From the NCBI RefSeq assembly GCF_009914755.1, contig NC_060934.1: 64,000 nucleotides of DNA; one strand, written 5' to 3'. The translations under genes were made by a program, and so were the position numbers. Below the pieces are notes generated by a model. It was not told where the DNA came from and did not search any database. It saw only the letters and a program-made list of their open reading frames with translations. The stretch comes from the human T2T-CHM13v2.0 reference genome, Homo sapiens. Positions 51,760 to 64,000 of the stretch are shown piece by piece (within the stretch, counting starts at the first letter, position 1; the number at the start of each line of letters is the position of its first letter).

Positions 51760-52520
51760 TTTTATCTCAAAACTATATCCAGACTCTAACCACTTGTCTC
51801 CACCTCTACAGCAATCACTTTGGCCAGAGCCATGACTCTATCTCACTTGGGTTATTGCAAGAGCCTCCTAACTAGTCTCCCTGCTGCTCCTCCCTTTTGT
51901 CCCTCTAGTTTATTCTAAACACAACAGCCACAGTGGTCCTTTGAAAATGCAAGTCAGACCATATTACTCCTCTGTGCAAAACTTGTGCCAATTATCCATG
52001 TCATTCAGAGTAAAAGCCATAACCTTACAAAGATTTATGAAGTCTTCTGTGATCCAGCCTCTTGATAGTCTCATCTCCTACCACTCTCCCATTCACTGTG
52101 CTCCAGCCATCCTAGTCTCCTTCCTGTTCTTCAGTTAAGAATACTCTCACCTTAGGGCCTTTGCACCAGCTCTTCCTCCTGTCTGGAAAAACTCTTCTCC
52201 CATGTGTTTGGAGAGGTAAATTCCTCACCTCCATCAGGTCTTTAATTATCACTTTTCCCTCCAGGCCTACCCTGGCCATTCCATTTAAAACAGCAACACA
52301 GTCCATCCCTGCACCCCAATTCCTGATCCTTATCATCTTGTTTGCTTCCCTTCCCCTAGCATAGCACATATCATTTACCATACTACACATTTAAAAAATT
52401 TATTGTGCTTATTTTCTCATAGTGTAAGCTCCATGAGGGCAAGAGTTTTTGCTTGTTTGGCTCATGATTTATTTCAAGCACAAAAAACATGACAAACAAT
52501 GAATACATATTATTGCTTGA
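51760..52520 (+). mobile_element. L2a 3' region (~750 bp)
   Basis: ATTGCAAGAGCCTCCTAACTAGTCTCCCTGC; CACCTTAGGGCCTTTGCAC; TGTAAGCTCCATGAGGGCAAG. Confidence 0.88.
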
Positions 52521-52820
52521 AAAGCATGTTCTAATTTATTCAGCAAGCATAAACTGAGTATCTACTCTGTGCTTGGTATTGTTCTAGATGCTGAGGCAAA
52601 AAGATGAACAAAGTCAGATACAATTTCTGTTCTCAGCTAGGTTAGAGCCTGTTGATGAATCCGAAACATTAACCCAAAAATAGTGGTGAGTGCTCCACTT
52701 AGTTTTTGTGCTCTTAGTTAATTAAGTGACCTGTGAATCGTAGATTCTGAATAAGAGGAGACATCAATCAAGTATTACTGCTGTCAAATAAAAAATAATA
52801 CAAGTTTGGATATAAGTAAA

Positions 52821-52985
52821 TGTCTTAGTCTGTTCCTGCTGCTATAACACAAAACCTCAGATGAAGTAATTTCAAACAATAGAAGTTTGTTTTTTAGTTC
52901 TAGAGGCTGGGAAGTTCAAGATCAAGGTACTGGTAGATTTGGTGCCTGGTGAGGCTCTCTATTTCAACGATGGCACCTTGTAGCA
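52821..52985 (-). mobile_element. MST/MLT1A LTR fragment
   Basis: TGTCTTAGTCTGTTCCTGCTGCTATAAC...GAGGCTGGGAAGTTCAAGATCAAGG. Confidence 0.85.
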
Positions 52986-54199
52986 AGTCTTGAGTTTTTC
53001 AGAGAGGAGGAAGAGCTAAGACTGTGACTCTGAAAAGAAGAAGGCGGGGTCTTAAAATGTAACAAACTGTTCAGATATCACAATAAGGGAAAAGATAAGG
53101 CAGGAAATGTTTGTGGTCAGACACATGGGGTGGGTTGTGGGCCTAAGATGGATCTGAGGAGTTACAGAGAGGGAGTCCTGGGCCCAGTTGACCTAGCTTA
53201 AAGTCATGTCAAGCATAAAGTCTGATGAGCCTTGTCCATGTTCACAAGCAAAAGTTAAGGTTTAAATATAAGGAAGTTGATGGCTTTTGCTTCCTTTCTT
53301 AATATAGTTGCTCCCTTCGGGGTCATATTTGCTGCTGTCTTAAGAGTGATGTATTAAGGTAATCAGAAACAGTGAAAATACTAGTTTGCATTTATTACTG
53401 TTGACCATTAGGCTAACATAGCAAAGTCCCTTTAAACCTGTCAATGGATCTCATATGTACACTGTGTACTAGGTTGTGTGCATAGTGATAGGCATATACA
53501 TCTTCACTGCACCAGAGAAATAAAAGGCAGTCCAGAGAATTCAGCAGTGGAATTGGATTTTGGCAACCATTATGGGAATCCTTTAGCTTTTCAAAATGGC
53601 CTCAGTGTTTGCCAACCAATAATGCTTTACGCTTGTAACAAACTTTATGCTTTTAACTAAACATTGTTACCAGTGCTGTGGTGCCAGATCCCTGCTGTTA
53701 AGTTTGTTTTATTGAGAGGTATACTATGCATATAAACACTGTAGGTGAAAGATGAGAAAACACCAATTAATATCAAAATGAATCTGCTCAATGAACTATA
53801 AAACTGACAGTTCATTTGGAGCCCATTAAGACTACTGTAACCTGCTACCAAAGAACTGCATTTTTATAGTGAAAAATAATTCTCACAGGAGGCTTTCAAC
53901 TAAACCACAGTATCTTAGATTTTATTTGAGAAAGTCAGTAGCTGTTCCCAACTTTAATCACACATGCTTTGGCCTCCTATAAGTACATCTGGCATTTAGG
54001 CTGTGAAATACCCTATGGGGCCTTGAATTCTCTGAGTTAATGATAAATTCACTGAAATGTGTAGCAGCTTTTAAAATAAGTCCATAAAAAATGTGTCTAC
54101 ATTCTGAGTCATATAGTTGTTCTAGTTGGCAGAGTATTGGGTAGGCAGGGAGAAAAACAGAGACAAGGTCGGGGCAGGAATGAGAGGTGACATTAAGTG

Positions 54200-54630
54200 T
54201 TCCTATTATGGCCCTGTCACTTCCTGGGATTCCTGTGTTGCAGACATCATGACCTTTACACCCACCACAGGCTTGTGATGGGACAGGGTCCCCATTTGGT
54301 AGATAAAGAAACAGAGACTCAGAGAAGTTAATTAACCTCCCCTAGTCACACAACTAGAAGAGGTAAGATACAGATGGGAACCGAGGTTTGTCTGACTTGG
54401 GTCCAAGCCTGTCTTATTTCACCAATTCCAGCTTCAAGGGTGTCTACTGTTTAGTGTATGATCTTAAGCAAATCACACGGTTGCTTTGGTTTTCTGTTCT
54501 CTCTGTTGTAAAATGGAGATAATACCACGGATACCATCTGCTTCACAAGGGTGATGTTAAATTAAATCTATGTGAAAGCACACTGAAAAAACGTTAAGAG
54601 CTTTCCAAATAGAAGTCATTGTTGTTATGG
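54200..54630. mobile_element. Two adjacent MIRs in opposite orientation
   Basis: AAACAGAGACTCAGAGAAGTTAA (-) then TGTAAAATGGAGATAATACC (+). Confidence 0.7.
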
Positions 54631-55024
54631 AATTGAATGCAATTAGTGTGTTTTTTTTCACCTGCCTGGAATATATTCGCTGTTGTCTTTTTGGTTCAGA
54701 AACACCACTATAGATGGACTCTTGGAGGAACACTGCTAGTCACAAAACATTTAACACGAGCTCAGGAACTCGCCCTAAACACAGGAACAGGACAGAGAGA
54801 CTCTACATGCTTGTTGGATGCATGAAAAGTATGATATCTCTATGGTCCACTAATTGAACCTACTTCCAAATTAACAGAATTAATGTTTAAGGTAATTTTT
54901 TCTTCTTTTTTCTTTCATTTCATGGGGGGAGGTGGTATTTATGATCTTTCAGAAATTACTTGACCCCTCTGAACTTGTGTTTCCTTATTGGTAGGATAAT
55001 AATAATGCTATCTACCTGAGAGTG

Positions 55025-55620
55025 CTTATCTATTCATTTATTCCACAAATGTGCTGAATGCCTACTATACATTGGGCATTGTTTTAGATGCTGGGGAATA
55101 CAGCAATGAACAAGACAGACAAAAACCCCTACTCACTTACGTCCTAGTGATTGATAAAGATAATACATAAATAAGAAAAATAAGTAGAATATAGAGTATG
55201 GTAGATGGTGGTAAGTGTGAGGAAGAAAATTAAGCAGGAAGGGGAAATGATTTATTTGGGTGTGGTTTGCACTCTTAGACATGCTTGCTGAGAAGCTGCT
55301 ATGGTTTGAATGCATGTGTCCCTCCAAAATCCACATGTTGAAACTTAAGGGCGTTAATCCTATTCACAAGGGCTGAGCCCTTTTGACCTAATCACTTCCC
55401 AAAGACCCCACTTTCTGATATCAGCAGTGGTATTTATGGACTGTTTATAAATGACCCAGTCTAAGGTATTTTGTGATAGGAATAGACTAGGTATTTTGTT
55501 AGTAGAAACAGGCTAAGACAGGAGGCCTCACAGGAACGTGGAAAGTGGTAATTAGTAATGACTAAAGTAACTGAGACAGGGAATCGTGTGGCTATCTGGA
55601 GATAAAAGCATGCCTCATGT
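55025..55620 (-). mobile_element. L2a 3' end split by a MaLR LTR
   Basis: TTCATTTATTCCACAAATG...GATGCTGGGGAATACAGCAATGAACAAGACAGAC. Confidence 0.8.
55297..55520 (+). mobile_element. Rearranged MLT1A/MSTD-type LTR (internal inversion plus deletion)
   Basis: Sense ends TGCTATGGTTTGAATG... and ...CAGGCTAAGACA enclose an antisense block at 55349-55430. Confidence 0.8.
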
Positions 55621-56179
55621 GTTGTGTGTGAGTGTAGTGTGTATGGGGGAATCACAATGGAAATAACAATATCGTTCATAGCAGGTACTCAATACTTGTT
55701 TGCGAACTATGAAGAAACAAAAAATATGATGTGTCCACAGATTCTGTAACGGGAAATATGAATCCGGAAAGAAGGGCTTTACAAATAAAAATGCAAAGCA
55801 AAAAATGAAAGCACCATTCACCTTAAACTGGCAACACTGAGCGTGTGAAGAAATCTTGGTGAAATTTTTATCGATCAGTTGCCAACAGCCAGCCCAGCCC
55901 TTATGCATGCCTGAAGACTTCTACTGACTTAGTTATTGTTCATTTGCATACTAGAATTCAACATGGCCTTGGGTAAATTTTATGAACTGCAGCTCCATCA
56001 GAAGTAGCAAGGGGAGATAGCTTTTAAGCTTGATGTCAAAGAGGACACGGATCCCTCTCTCAGCCCTTCCTTTGTAGTTGCCTCTATAATAGGGTATTGA
56101 GCTTAACGAACCATTGATCTGACCAGCTCTAGCATTCTATGATTCTTTTCAGTGACCTAGGATGACTTTTTACTGGACT

Positions 56180-56357
56180 CTGAGATAGCAAATAGGTTTT
56201 AGCTCTTGTTCCAACTCTGGTTAGTTGGTAGTGACTGACGGGAGTACAGTCGTGATAAATGCTAAGCCCTATTTGGGCTCATCAGGAAAGACGGCTGTGA
56301 TTAATTAGCAATGTCTGCCATGGTGGTAGAGATGGTTGCTCACATTTTCCTACCCTA
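56180..56357. mobile_element. MER117-like hAT-Charlie MITE
   Basis: GATAGCAAATAGGTTT...CCAACTCTGGTTAGTTGGTAGTG...GATTAATTAGCAATGTCTGCCATGG. Confidence 0.7.
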
Positions 56358-57319
56358 TACATCTCCATGTACGCTGTATGAGAAACTGAGCCAAAACATG
56401 GGAAACAAAGCCTTTTGCTACAGGCTAATGTTTAAAGACCAAACTCCCCTAGATGTGAAATAACAGAGGTGTATGTATTATGACTTGATAGGAAGACTCT
56501 TCAAGGAGAAACTGAAAGTCCATCTGACATTTGCAAAGCATCAGAGATTTGTGAATGAACTCTGGTTATGTTAGAAATAGACAGTAAAGTAATGGGAAAT
56601 GAAGATAGATCAAGCTTTGATTTATTTGGCCATTTGATACCACCTTTGACAACTTTGTCTAATGAAATGTGAAAAAAGTGCAGAGCACTAGAGCATAACA
56701 GAGTCTCATTTCTAAGTCATAGTGCCCAGCCGACCAAGGGAAGCTGAGCCCTAGGCATAGAATGACTGCTTTAATTCCAGGCTGCCACTCTCCTCTGCTT
56801 GACATTTGACAGTGTACTTAAAAGTGCTCCTAAGCACATCAAGGGAAATGAATAAGTAAATAATTGGTTGCCCCTTTAAAAATAGAAAATATCAGGCTAG
56901 GGTTTAATTAACTGCCATAAATTATTCTCAAGCTAACTGTTCAGAGAAGAGCCACTTTTACCCTTTGCCTCCGATGAAGGAATATGGTTTAGGTTATTTA
57001 CAGTTTCACTTTCTAAAGAGGAAGTATGAGGTAGTGAGTTTCCCATCACTGAGAATACTAAGGGATAATTTTCTGTACTACTCTGTTGGAGGTTAGACTA
57101 GAAAACTATTGCTAACCTATCTCCAAAGATGCTTTTCTTGAAGCCATTCATGAAAATGTGTTTTGGGCAAGGCTTAGCAAAATGAATAGAGCAGTCATTC
57201 TTTTCTATTTTTGAAAAATGTTACCCATTTCTGTATAAACCCATTATTCATGTGAGGATAAATAAGGCTCATCGTGTGGAAATAATGGGGATCCAGGAGA
57301 GAATAGTCTAGCTCAGAAA

Positions 57320-57990
57320 ATGTTTATTAACACGGACTATGTGTAAGGCATGGATGGGGCCAGACTCCATGGAAACTGTGATATTAACATCAACGTCATC
57401 AAACCTAATGAAGGATGACGTGGCAGATTTGCAAATAATTATCATGTAGGCAGCAGGTGATAGGAGATTTAGAATACAAATAAACTACGGTGGGTAGATA
57501 AAAGAGAGAGGTATTAATTCTACAAAAACTAAGAGTGATAGATGACAAGGAGGACAGTCAAGGAAGGTTTCCTAAAAGAAAAGACATTTGAACTGAGATT
57601 TCACGAATAGGAGGAGGCTTTTACAAGTACAGGTAGGGAAAGGACAGCTTATGCCCAGGGGACTGTGATGACCACGGATCAGAGTTTGAAAAGCAGCGGA
57701 TATTGTGTGGGAGATGAGACTGGTTTGGGGAGCATCATATAGAGAGACTTAAATACCAGGCAGAGGTGACTGAAATTCTTTCACAGGACTGACAGTTTTT
57801 GAGGCAGGAAGCAGCTAAATGGAACTATGCCAGCAATGTGGGAAATGTATGTGGTAGTGATTTGGGGGAAGGTGGCAGACTGGTATCTGGCTCCAAGCTA
57901 CTCCAATAGCTCATGAAAACTGTAATCTGACCTGGACTAGATTTGCTGAGAAGAGGTAGTTTTCATGGATATAGGAATAGAAAGGATAGT
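57320..57990 (-). mobile_element. L2 fragment
   Basis: TTTATTAACACGGACTATGTG...AGGAAGGTTTCC...GACATTTGAACTGAGA. Confidence 0.65.
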
Positions 57991-58305
57991 TTTAGCCGTG
58001 TGTCTGGGTACTCAGAATGTAAGCAGAGTTGGCCTAGAGAAAGGCAAGGTTTTATTCTCAGGTTGTAAATGAGCCCTGAGGCCTTAGTATTAATTTAAGT
58101 CCTAGGCTGGGAAATGTTTAAGGAATACCTGAGGTTCTGGAGGTGAGCTAGCTGCTCTTGCCCACAACAAGTTAAGTCCTGACATCTCAGCAATTCCCAG
58201 TCTTCTTGCTAAACCCATGGCAAGATGTGACTGGTTATGGCTGGTTCTGTACAAGGCACATGATGGTGATTTGTATTATGGGGTTGATTAAAAGCTATCA
58301 TCGTG

Positions 58306-58307
<2 letters not shown>

Positions 58308-58357
<50 letters not shown>
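58308..58357. repeat. (GT)~25 perfect microsatellite
   Basis: Uninterrupted GT run. Confidence 0.98.
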
Positions 58358-58360
<3 letters not shown>

Positions 58361-60700
58361 AGTAAGTGGGGGAATCCAAGAGTAGACCTATTTGTTGGTA
58401 AATTTGGGACTTCTGTTGAGGACTAAAATGATGTCAAAGAGTCTTCCAATAATCCAGAATCCCAGTATTTGCCCTGTTCTGTAAACATCAGGAAGCTCCT
58501 GGGGTGGGAGTCAGCGGGGCTGAAGTTCCAGGCATCAGGGACATCATTGTGACAGAGAAAGAGAATAGTGCTTGGTTACTTTTTTTCTTTTTAAATCTTT
58601 CCTCTTTTGTCTACCCTAGAATAATTCACTAATGTATGTTAACTCCACCATTTGTTACCTGGGTTCCCCCAGCCAGCTTGCATCTAGACTTGCTGGATAG
58701 GTTTCACATCTGCCACCTTCACGGCAAAATTGACCTCCACCAACTCTGCAAAACTCACAGGCTAAAAAAGAAAGGAAGAAGCTGGTACCTGGATGGTGGG
58801 TGCCAGAGAAGAGGAAACACTGGGTTTGAAAGGTAGCCTGGAGAGCAAGATGGGAGGGGTGGGTACAAAGAAATATGTCACAGGCATTTGGAGAGGGGTG
58901 GAGAGAGCTGGATAACTGGGAGAAGCTTTTCCTAGAAAGTCCAAATTAGTACCAGGAGATTACAGTGACAAGGATAAGTCACACACTCAATGGGAGGTCA
59001 AGCTCTGGGAGATGTAATAGCCGTTATTCTGGTGAGAACAAAGAATCATCCCTACATTTGTAGAAATTATGGGGTTATGTCCTAGGCAGCTTATCAAGAC
59101 AAGAACCAGATCAGAGGTTGGCTTGTTGCTGAATAATAACTTGCTTTGCACTTCACAAATTCATACAGTGGTAATGCTGGGAGGGATGCTAGCATCTTCT
59201 AGTCCAGCATCCTTATTAGGCAGGTGAGGGCAGCCTGGCTCAGTCAGTAAGTGGTGACGTGAAGAGTACTGGAATTCTTGTCTTTTCACAGAATCATCCA
59301 TAACCTGTTCTACTGTTCACATTTTCTGGGTCATTGTGGAAAACCTAGATTATAACTCTGCTAAATCATAATAACTCATTATTGACCCTTGTGATTTTCT
59401 CTTTTCTCACCTTTTCTGTCTGCTTCCTAGAATAGTTGTAATGGTCCAATACGAAGGATGATGTGTATGAAAGTCAGATTCCAAACTACTGAGCACATAC
59501 AAACCCATATTGGCATGCCAATGATTGCTCATAGAGACTTAAAGTTGGAAGTGCCTTAGAGCATGTCTCATCTGATCTCACAGATTGACAAGGAACCTGA
59601 GACCCAGATAACTGAGAAGCATTTCCCAAGACACATTTAGTGACTTATGGGCTGGTGCCTTAACTCCCTTTTCAAAGTTGGCTTGGTAGAAATTAGCTTC
59701 TAGTAAAGAGTGGCAGAGCTGCCCTAGAGCCCAGGTGCCCTGACTCCCAGCCCTGTGTAATTTTTCTCAACAGGTTAAGGGTGTCCTCTCAGTGTTGAGT
59801 CTGCAAAGGTTTCTAGGAATGGAGACTCAGCTCCATCTAAAAAATGCCACTTTGCTCTTTATTTGTTCACCTGGATGCATAGGGAGCGGGTCTCCATTTT
59901 CTGACTGGAGCTCCTGTGTTACAGGGGCTCAGACGAACACGATGGGTTTTTCTGTGGGGGGAAGAGGCTGGCTCTAGAGGGCAGACTTGAGTTGTTTTGA
60001 CTTGGATACAAAAGCATTTTCAAAATCTAATCATAAGCAGCAGGAGGAAAACCCATCTAATCATTTGCCTCTATGTCTTTTTATTCATAAATCAGTTGGA
60101 TCAATAACTATTTAAAATGTGAAAGCCTTTATTTGGCATGCTACCCAAAGAGAAAAGAGAATATTATAACTTTTTTTGAGGAAAAGTAGAATGATTTTTA
60201 AATTCAAAAAAAGGGCAAGCATGAAAATCTGGCTTCTGGCCCTATTCTGGGGATCTGGCAATACCATCATGGCGTGTGGAGTTGTGCACTAATTAAAGTG
60301 TCTTACTGATGACTTGTTTGGATTCCAGGACAGGCACCAGATGTCACTCAGCCCACAGCATGGAGAGTTACTCTTAATTACAACTTGAAGTTGCCCTAGT
60401 TGGCGGTAATTTTTCCCCCTTCAGTTGAATAAGTTAATTCACACTGAAAAGTCTATTTTTTAAAATCTTGATATCTTCCTTCTTCTAACAAAAGAAGGTA
60501 TTTCATTACAGTACTGACCACTTCTTAAGGGTTACCCCAAAAAGTTAACCCAGGCTAAAATGAGAATTTCCATCAAACAGGAGCTTTATTACACATGCCT
60601 TTTGTGCTGTCTCTGTGCTCTTTCCCACAGTCCCCACACTTGTGTCATGAGTGACTGCCAAGGCATTTTCTTCAGAATGTGTCCAACTGCCTCATCCAAT

Positions 60701-61262
60701 TGTCAGAGGCGTTTGAACCAGAGCAACTCCATCTTGAATAGGGGCTAGGTAATATGAGACTGACACCTGCTGAACTGCATTCTCAGGTTAGGCATTCTTA
60801 GTCACAGGATGTTTACAGCTAAGGGAACAAGTTAATAATGTTTACTGAACAGACCCAGGACTTAACAGACCCAGGAAATGTCCTGATGTCCCAATACCTT
60901 AAGAACAAAAGCATTCTTAGAGTTTCACTTTAAAGATAATAATACAGATTCTTGTGGAAGACAGTAGTTACACAAAGATTAGCAATCCTTTGTTAAAAGC
61001 CCTTGTAGTAGAACACATCTCCCCTATGATTTTTTGTTTTGTTATCTTGTGTATAAACAATTATTGTACCTAACGTGGATGTATTCTTCCTCTTGCTTTC
61101 GGGAATGTCCAGCTCTGCCTATGGAGTAGCCACTCTTTTATTCCTCTACTTTCTTAATAAACTTGCTTTTGCTTTACTCTGTAGACTTGCCCCGAATTAT
61201 TTCTTGTGTGAAATCCAAGAACCCCCTCTTGGGGTCTTGATCAGAACCCCTTTTGGGTAACA
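60701..61262 (+). mobile_element. MER41D/C-like solo LTR (ERV1)
   Basis: TGTCAGAGGCGTTTGAACCAGAGCAACTCCATCTTGAATAGGGG start; AATAAACTTGC; ...GGTAACA end; 4-bp TSD CAAT/AAAT. Confidence 0.9.
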
Positions 61263-61849
61263 AAATTTTGCCCTGACCCTATGCCTATCTCCACTGATCG
61301 GTACTGGAGAAAGACAGCTGTTTTTGGCCAATCATAATCTGGCTTGAATTCAGTAACTCTGATTGCTCTTGCCCATGAGCATAAATGAGAAGACAAAGCT
61401 TTAAGCTTTGGTCAAAGCTGACCTCACTCTATTTCCGAGACCTACAGATGCTGCTTCTAGTAGAGACAACATGGCTTTTATAAGTGATTCAGACGACTAG
61501 GCACTGCAGTGCTCAGATTCTATAAGGACCTAATTACCTAGTCTGCTCTAACGAGGCTAATCCTTCCTGGGACCTCAGTACTGAGCCCATGATATTGTTT
61601 GGGCCTTTAGTATTACCTGGACGGATTTTTTAACTTGTGTTTTAGAGGTATAAAAGTTAATAGAGTTAGAAGAGAAGAAAAAAACAACATGGGAGTAACT
61701 TTATTTAGATGTACTGAACTGTTTTTTTTAGCCTATCCACAGTCAATATTAAGTATAATATACTGATATCACTTTTTGTGTTAGTCTAGCATAAACCAAT
61801 AATACCTTATCAGTAGGAAATTGACTTTTAAAATCTTTAAAAGCCGGGC

Positions 61850-62050
61850 ACTGGTTTTAATCTTGTTATTTCTTACCAGTTCCGTGAAGTTGAAAATATA
61901 TAGATTTTGTGCTTAGAAATATTTGCGCTTCAGTTTTTTAATCTGAAAAATGGGATAAATAATATATCCCTTAAAAGGTGACTGTGAGGATTAAAGAAGA
62001 AAGCCTAGCTCATGGTAACAATATCAGCTGTCATCACTGCCATTATTATT
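61850..62050 (+). mobile_element. MIR
   Basis: CTTCAGTTTTTTAATCTGAAAAATGGGATAA...TGTGAGGATTAAA. Confidence 0.75.
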
Positions 62051-62206
62051 GTCTTTAACACCCTCGTCTATATTTATTCTTCAATATTCTAGTGCTTGAG
62101 CACTACTGAGGTCTTCATTCCAATGGTAATTTTATTTGGGAACAAACAAAAAAAAGTTTGTTCTAAAGACTTGCTGACAACTGGTCCAAAGTCCCTTGAT
62201 TTAACC

Positions 62207-62448
62207 CAGTGTTTCTCAGCGTGTGGTCCTCAGATCAGATGGCATTGGTGGTATCACCTGGAACTTATTCAAAATGGAAATTATCACCCCATCGCAGCCT
62301 ACTGAATTAGAAACTCTGGGGACTTGGTAGAAATGCCAATTATTAGGCCCTGCCCCACACAGACTGAATCAGAAACTCCGGGATAGGCCCAGGGTTTTAA
62401 CAGTCCCTGTGGTGGTTCTGATGAATGCTAAAATTTGAGAAGTACAGC
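62207..62448. mobile_element. MER5A with internal tandem duplication
   Basis: CAGTGTTTCTCAGCGTGTGGTCC...; ACTGAATTAGAAACTCTGGG and ACTGAATCAGAAACTCCGGG; end AATTTGAGAAGTACAG. Confidence 0.85.
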
Positions 62449-64000
62449 TCTAAACTGAATTCATCAACTGTAGTTGATCTTTCTACTATTATATATTTGA
62501 TGATTCTAAATATATTGCACAAATATGTGCAAGACAGCCACCTCTCTAAAATAAAACGGGTACCATCTTGCAGAAGTCACCTCATGATTCCCAGAAGTCG
62601 TCTCACTCTAGGAAAAGAAGACCTTGCAGTCAGAATGCCTCTCATGACTCAAATACTCTTCAGTTGGCGGCACTTCCCCTGCCTCTAGTCTAGTACACTG
62701 CCACACTAACTATGAATATTTCAGCAAAACAAAAAGGAGAAAGACATTAACAATCACAGCAATAAACCCCAAGACATTCCTGGCCCTGGGCTATGATTCA
62801 GAGATCAAAGTCTTTGTTTAAGATCCCAGCTTACAATTATTTCATTACCCATGATTTCAGGGTTATATTGTCTTATTATGACACCTTTGAAGTTGAGATC
62901 CTACTTGAAGCCCCAAGAGATGTGGCCATAATAATTTAAAAACTGAAAATGCCTATGATTATCTGTAACTCATGGAGTAGTTTTTCTGCTCTGGTGGGTA
63001 CATTCTTCTTTGAACATCTGTTCCAAACTTTTGCAGTTCACCTTTAAAACATCTCAAAGCCCTGGGTTTTGGGAAAAATGATTAATAGCTTCTATTGATT
63101 TTCAAAAGTTAGGAAACACAGTGGCATAAAGCCGTGAATAGGAAACTTAAAATTTCCATTACACATTCACTTTTTAAAGGGTATTTGGAAATGACTTTCT
63201 AGGGGGAATGTCAGTGAGTTTCTAAATATTAAAAATCTTTTCATTTGATGCTTAAAGGTGACAAATGCTTGCATTTATATTTCTGTTCTTGCTTTCTGTG
63301 ACACAGAACAACCTCTTCTGAATGTAACCAAGCCAGATAAGTTATTCAGAAGAATCTTTCAACTTTCATACTTGTACAATAGTTGGACTAAAGGGACCAT
63401 ATGCATGCATATTTGTTCATTATATGCATTATGTGTCTTTGTAAGCATATCTGTAAATGGTATCTTTCCACACATAGCCCTCTAATTTTTTGTAGTACTC
63501 CTGGGGGAATGGTAGAGCCTCTATTTTCAAAGGAAGGAAACAGGGCCTGCACTGCTTAGCAATGCTACAGATCAGGTACATGTTTGCAACTAGAACCTAA
63601 GTCTTCCAGTATCCTTGAAGTAATATAATTTCTGTGGGAATCCTGTGTTCTCTGAATTGTGGATTTGTTCTTAAAGAGTGATTTTCACACTTGCTTCTGT
63701 ATGATCCCAGGGTTTTCATGGGTCTTGGAAAAATTTTGCTAACTTCCAGGCTTGCAATGTGTACCACTCTGTTAAGTATGCCTTTCGATCCCACACTCAT
63801 GTTGTGTGGCCTTGGTATTTGTTTTTTTATATTTTCCTTAGAAGGCTTTTAATTCTTTCTCAACTAGAGCCTGGAGCAAACTGCAAACATTCTGTCATCT
63901 TTTGGTCTTTTGGGTGGAATTTTTCAAATACCTGTTCTACAGATTGAATCGTGTTCTGAGGGTTCTTACTTTATGCAGAGATGTCTTTCCACCTCCCTGC

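Overview
Primate, almost certainly human, euchromatic non-coding DNA. It is AT-rich and CpG-depleted, with no CpG island and no recognisable protein-coding exon or RNA gene. A large part is interspersed repeat. There are 10 Alu/FLAM copies (8 on the minus strand), a 1.5-kb 5'-truncated L1PA16-like element and many MIR and L2 relics. There are also hAT/Mariner MITEs (MADE1, MER20, MER53, MER58, MER5, MER91, MER103-like, MER117-like) and solo LTRs (LTR13A-like, MLT2D, MLT1K, MSTC-like, LTR18A, LTR33, MER41D-like). All supplied ORFs are short, and are repeat-derived or chance. I found no new multi-gene system. The most interesting structures are: a G-rich VNTR with an alternating 34/38-bp (72-bp) higher-order period inside a four-level TE nest; two local duplications of about 120-200 bp, each later split by a retroelement; a MaLR LTR with an internal inversion; an Alu whose tail was replaced by a 16-bp tandem duplication; and several repeat-free, motif-dense blocks that look like enhancers. 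Repeat subfamily names come from recalled consensus sequences and need RepeatMasker/Dfam confirmation. Boundaries of old repeats are approximate.
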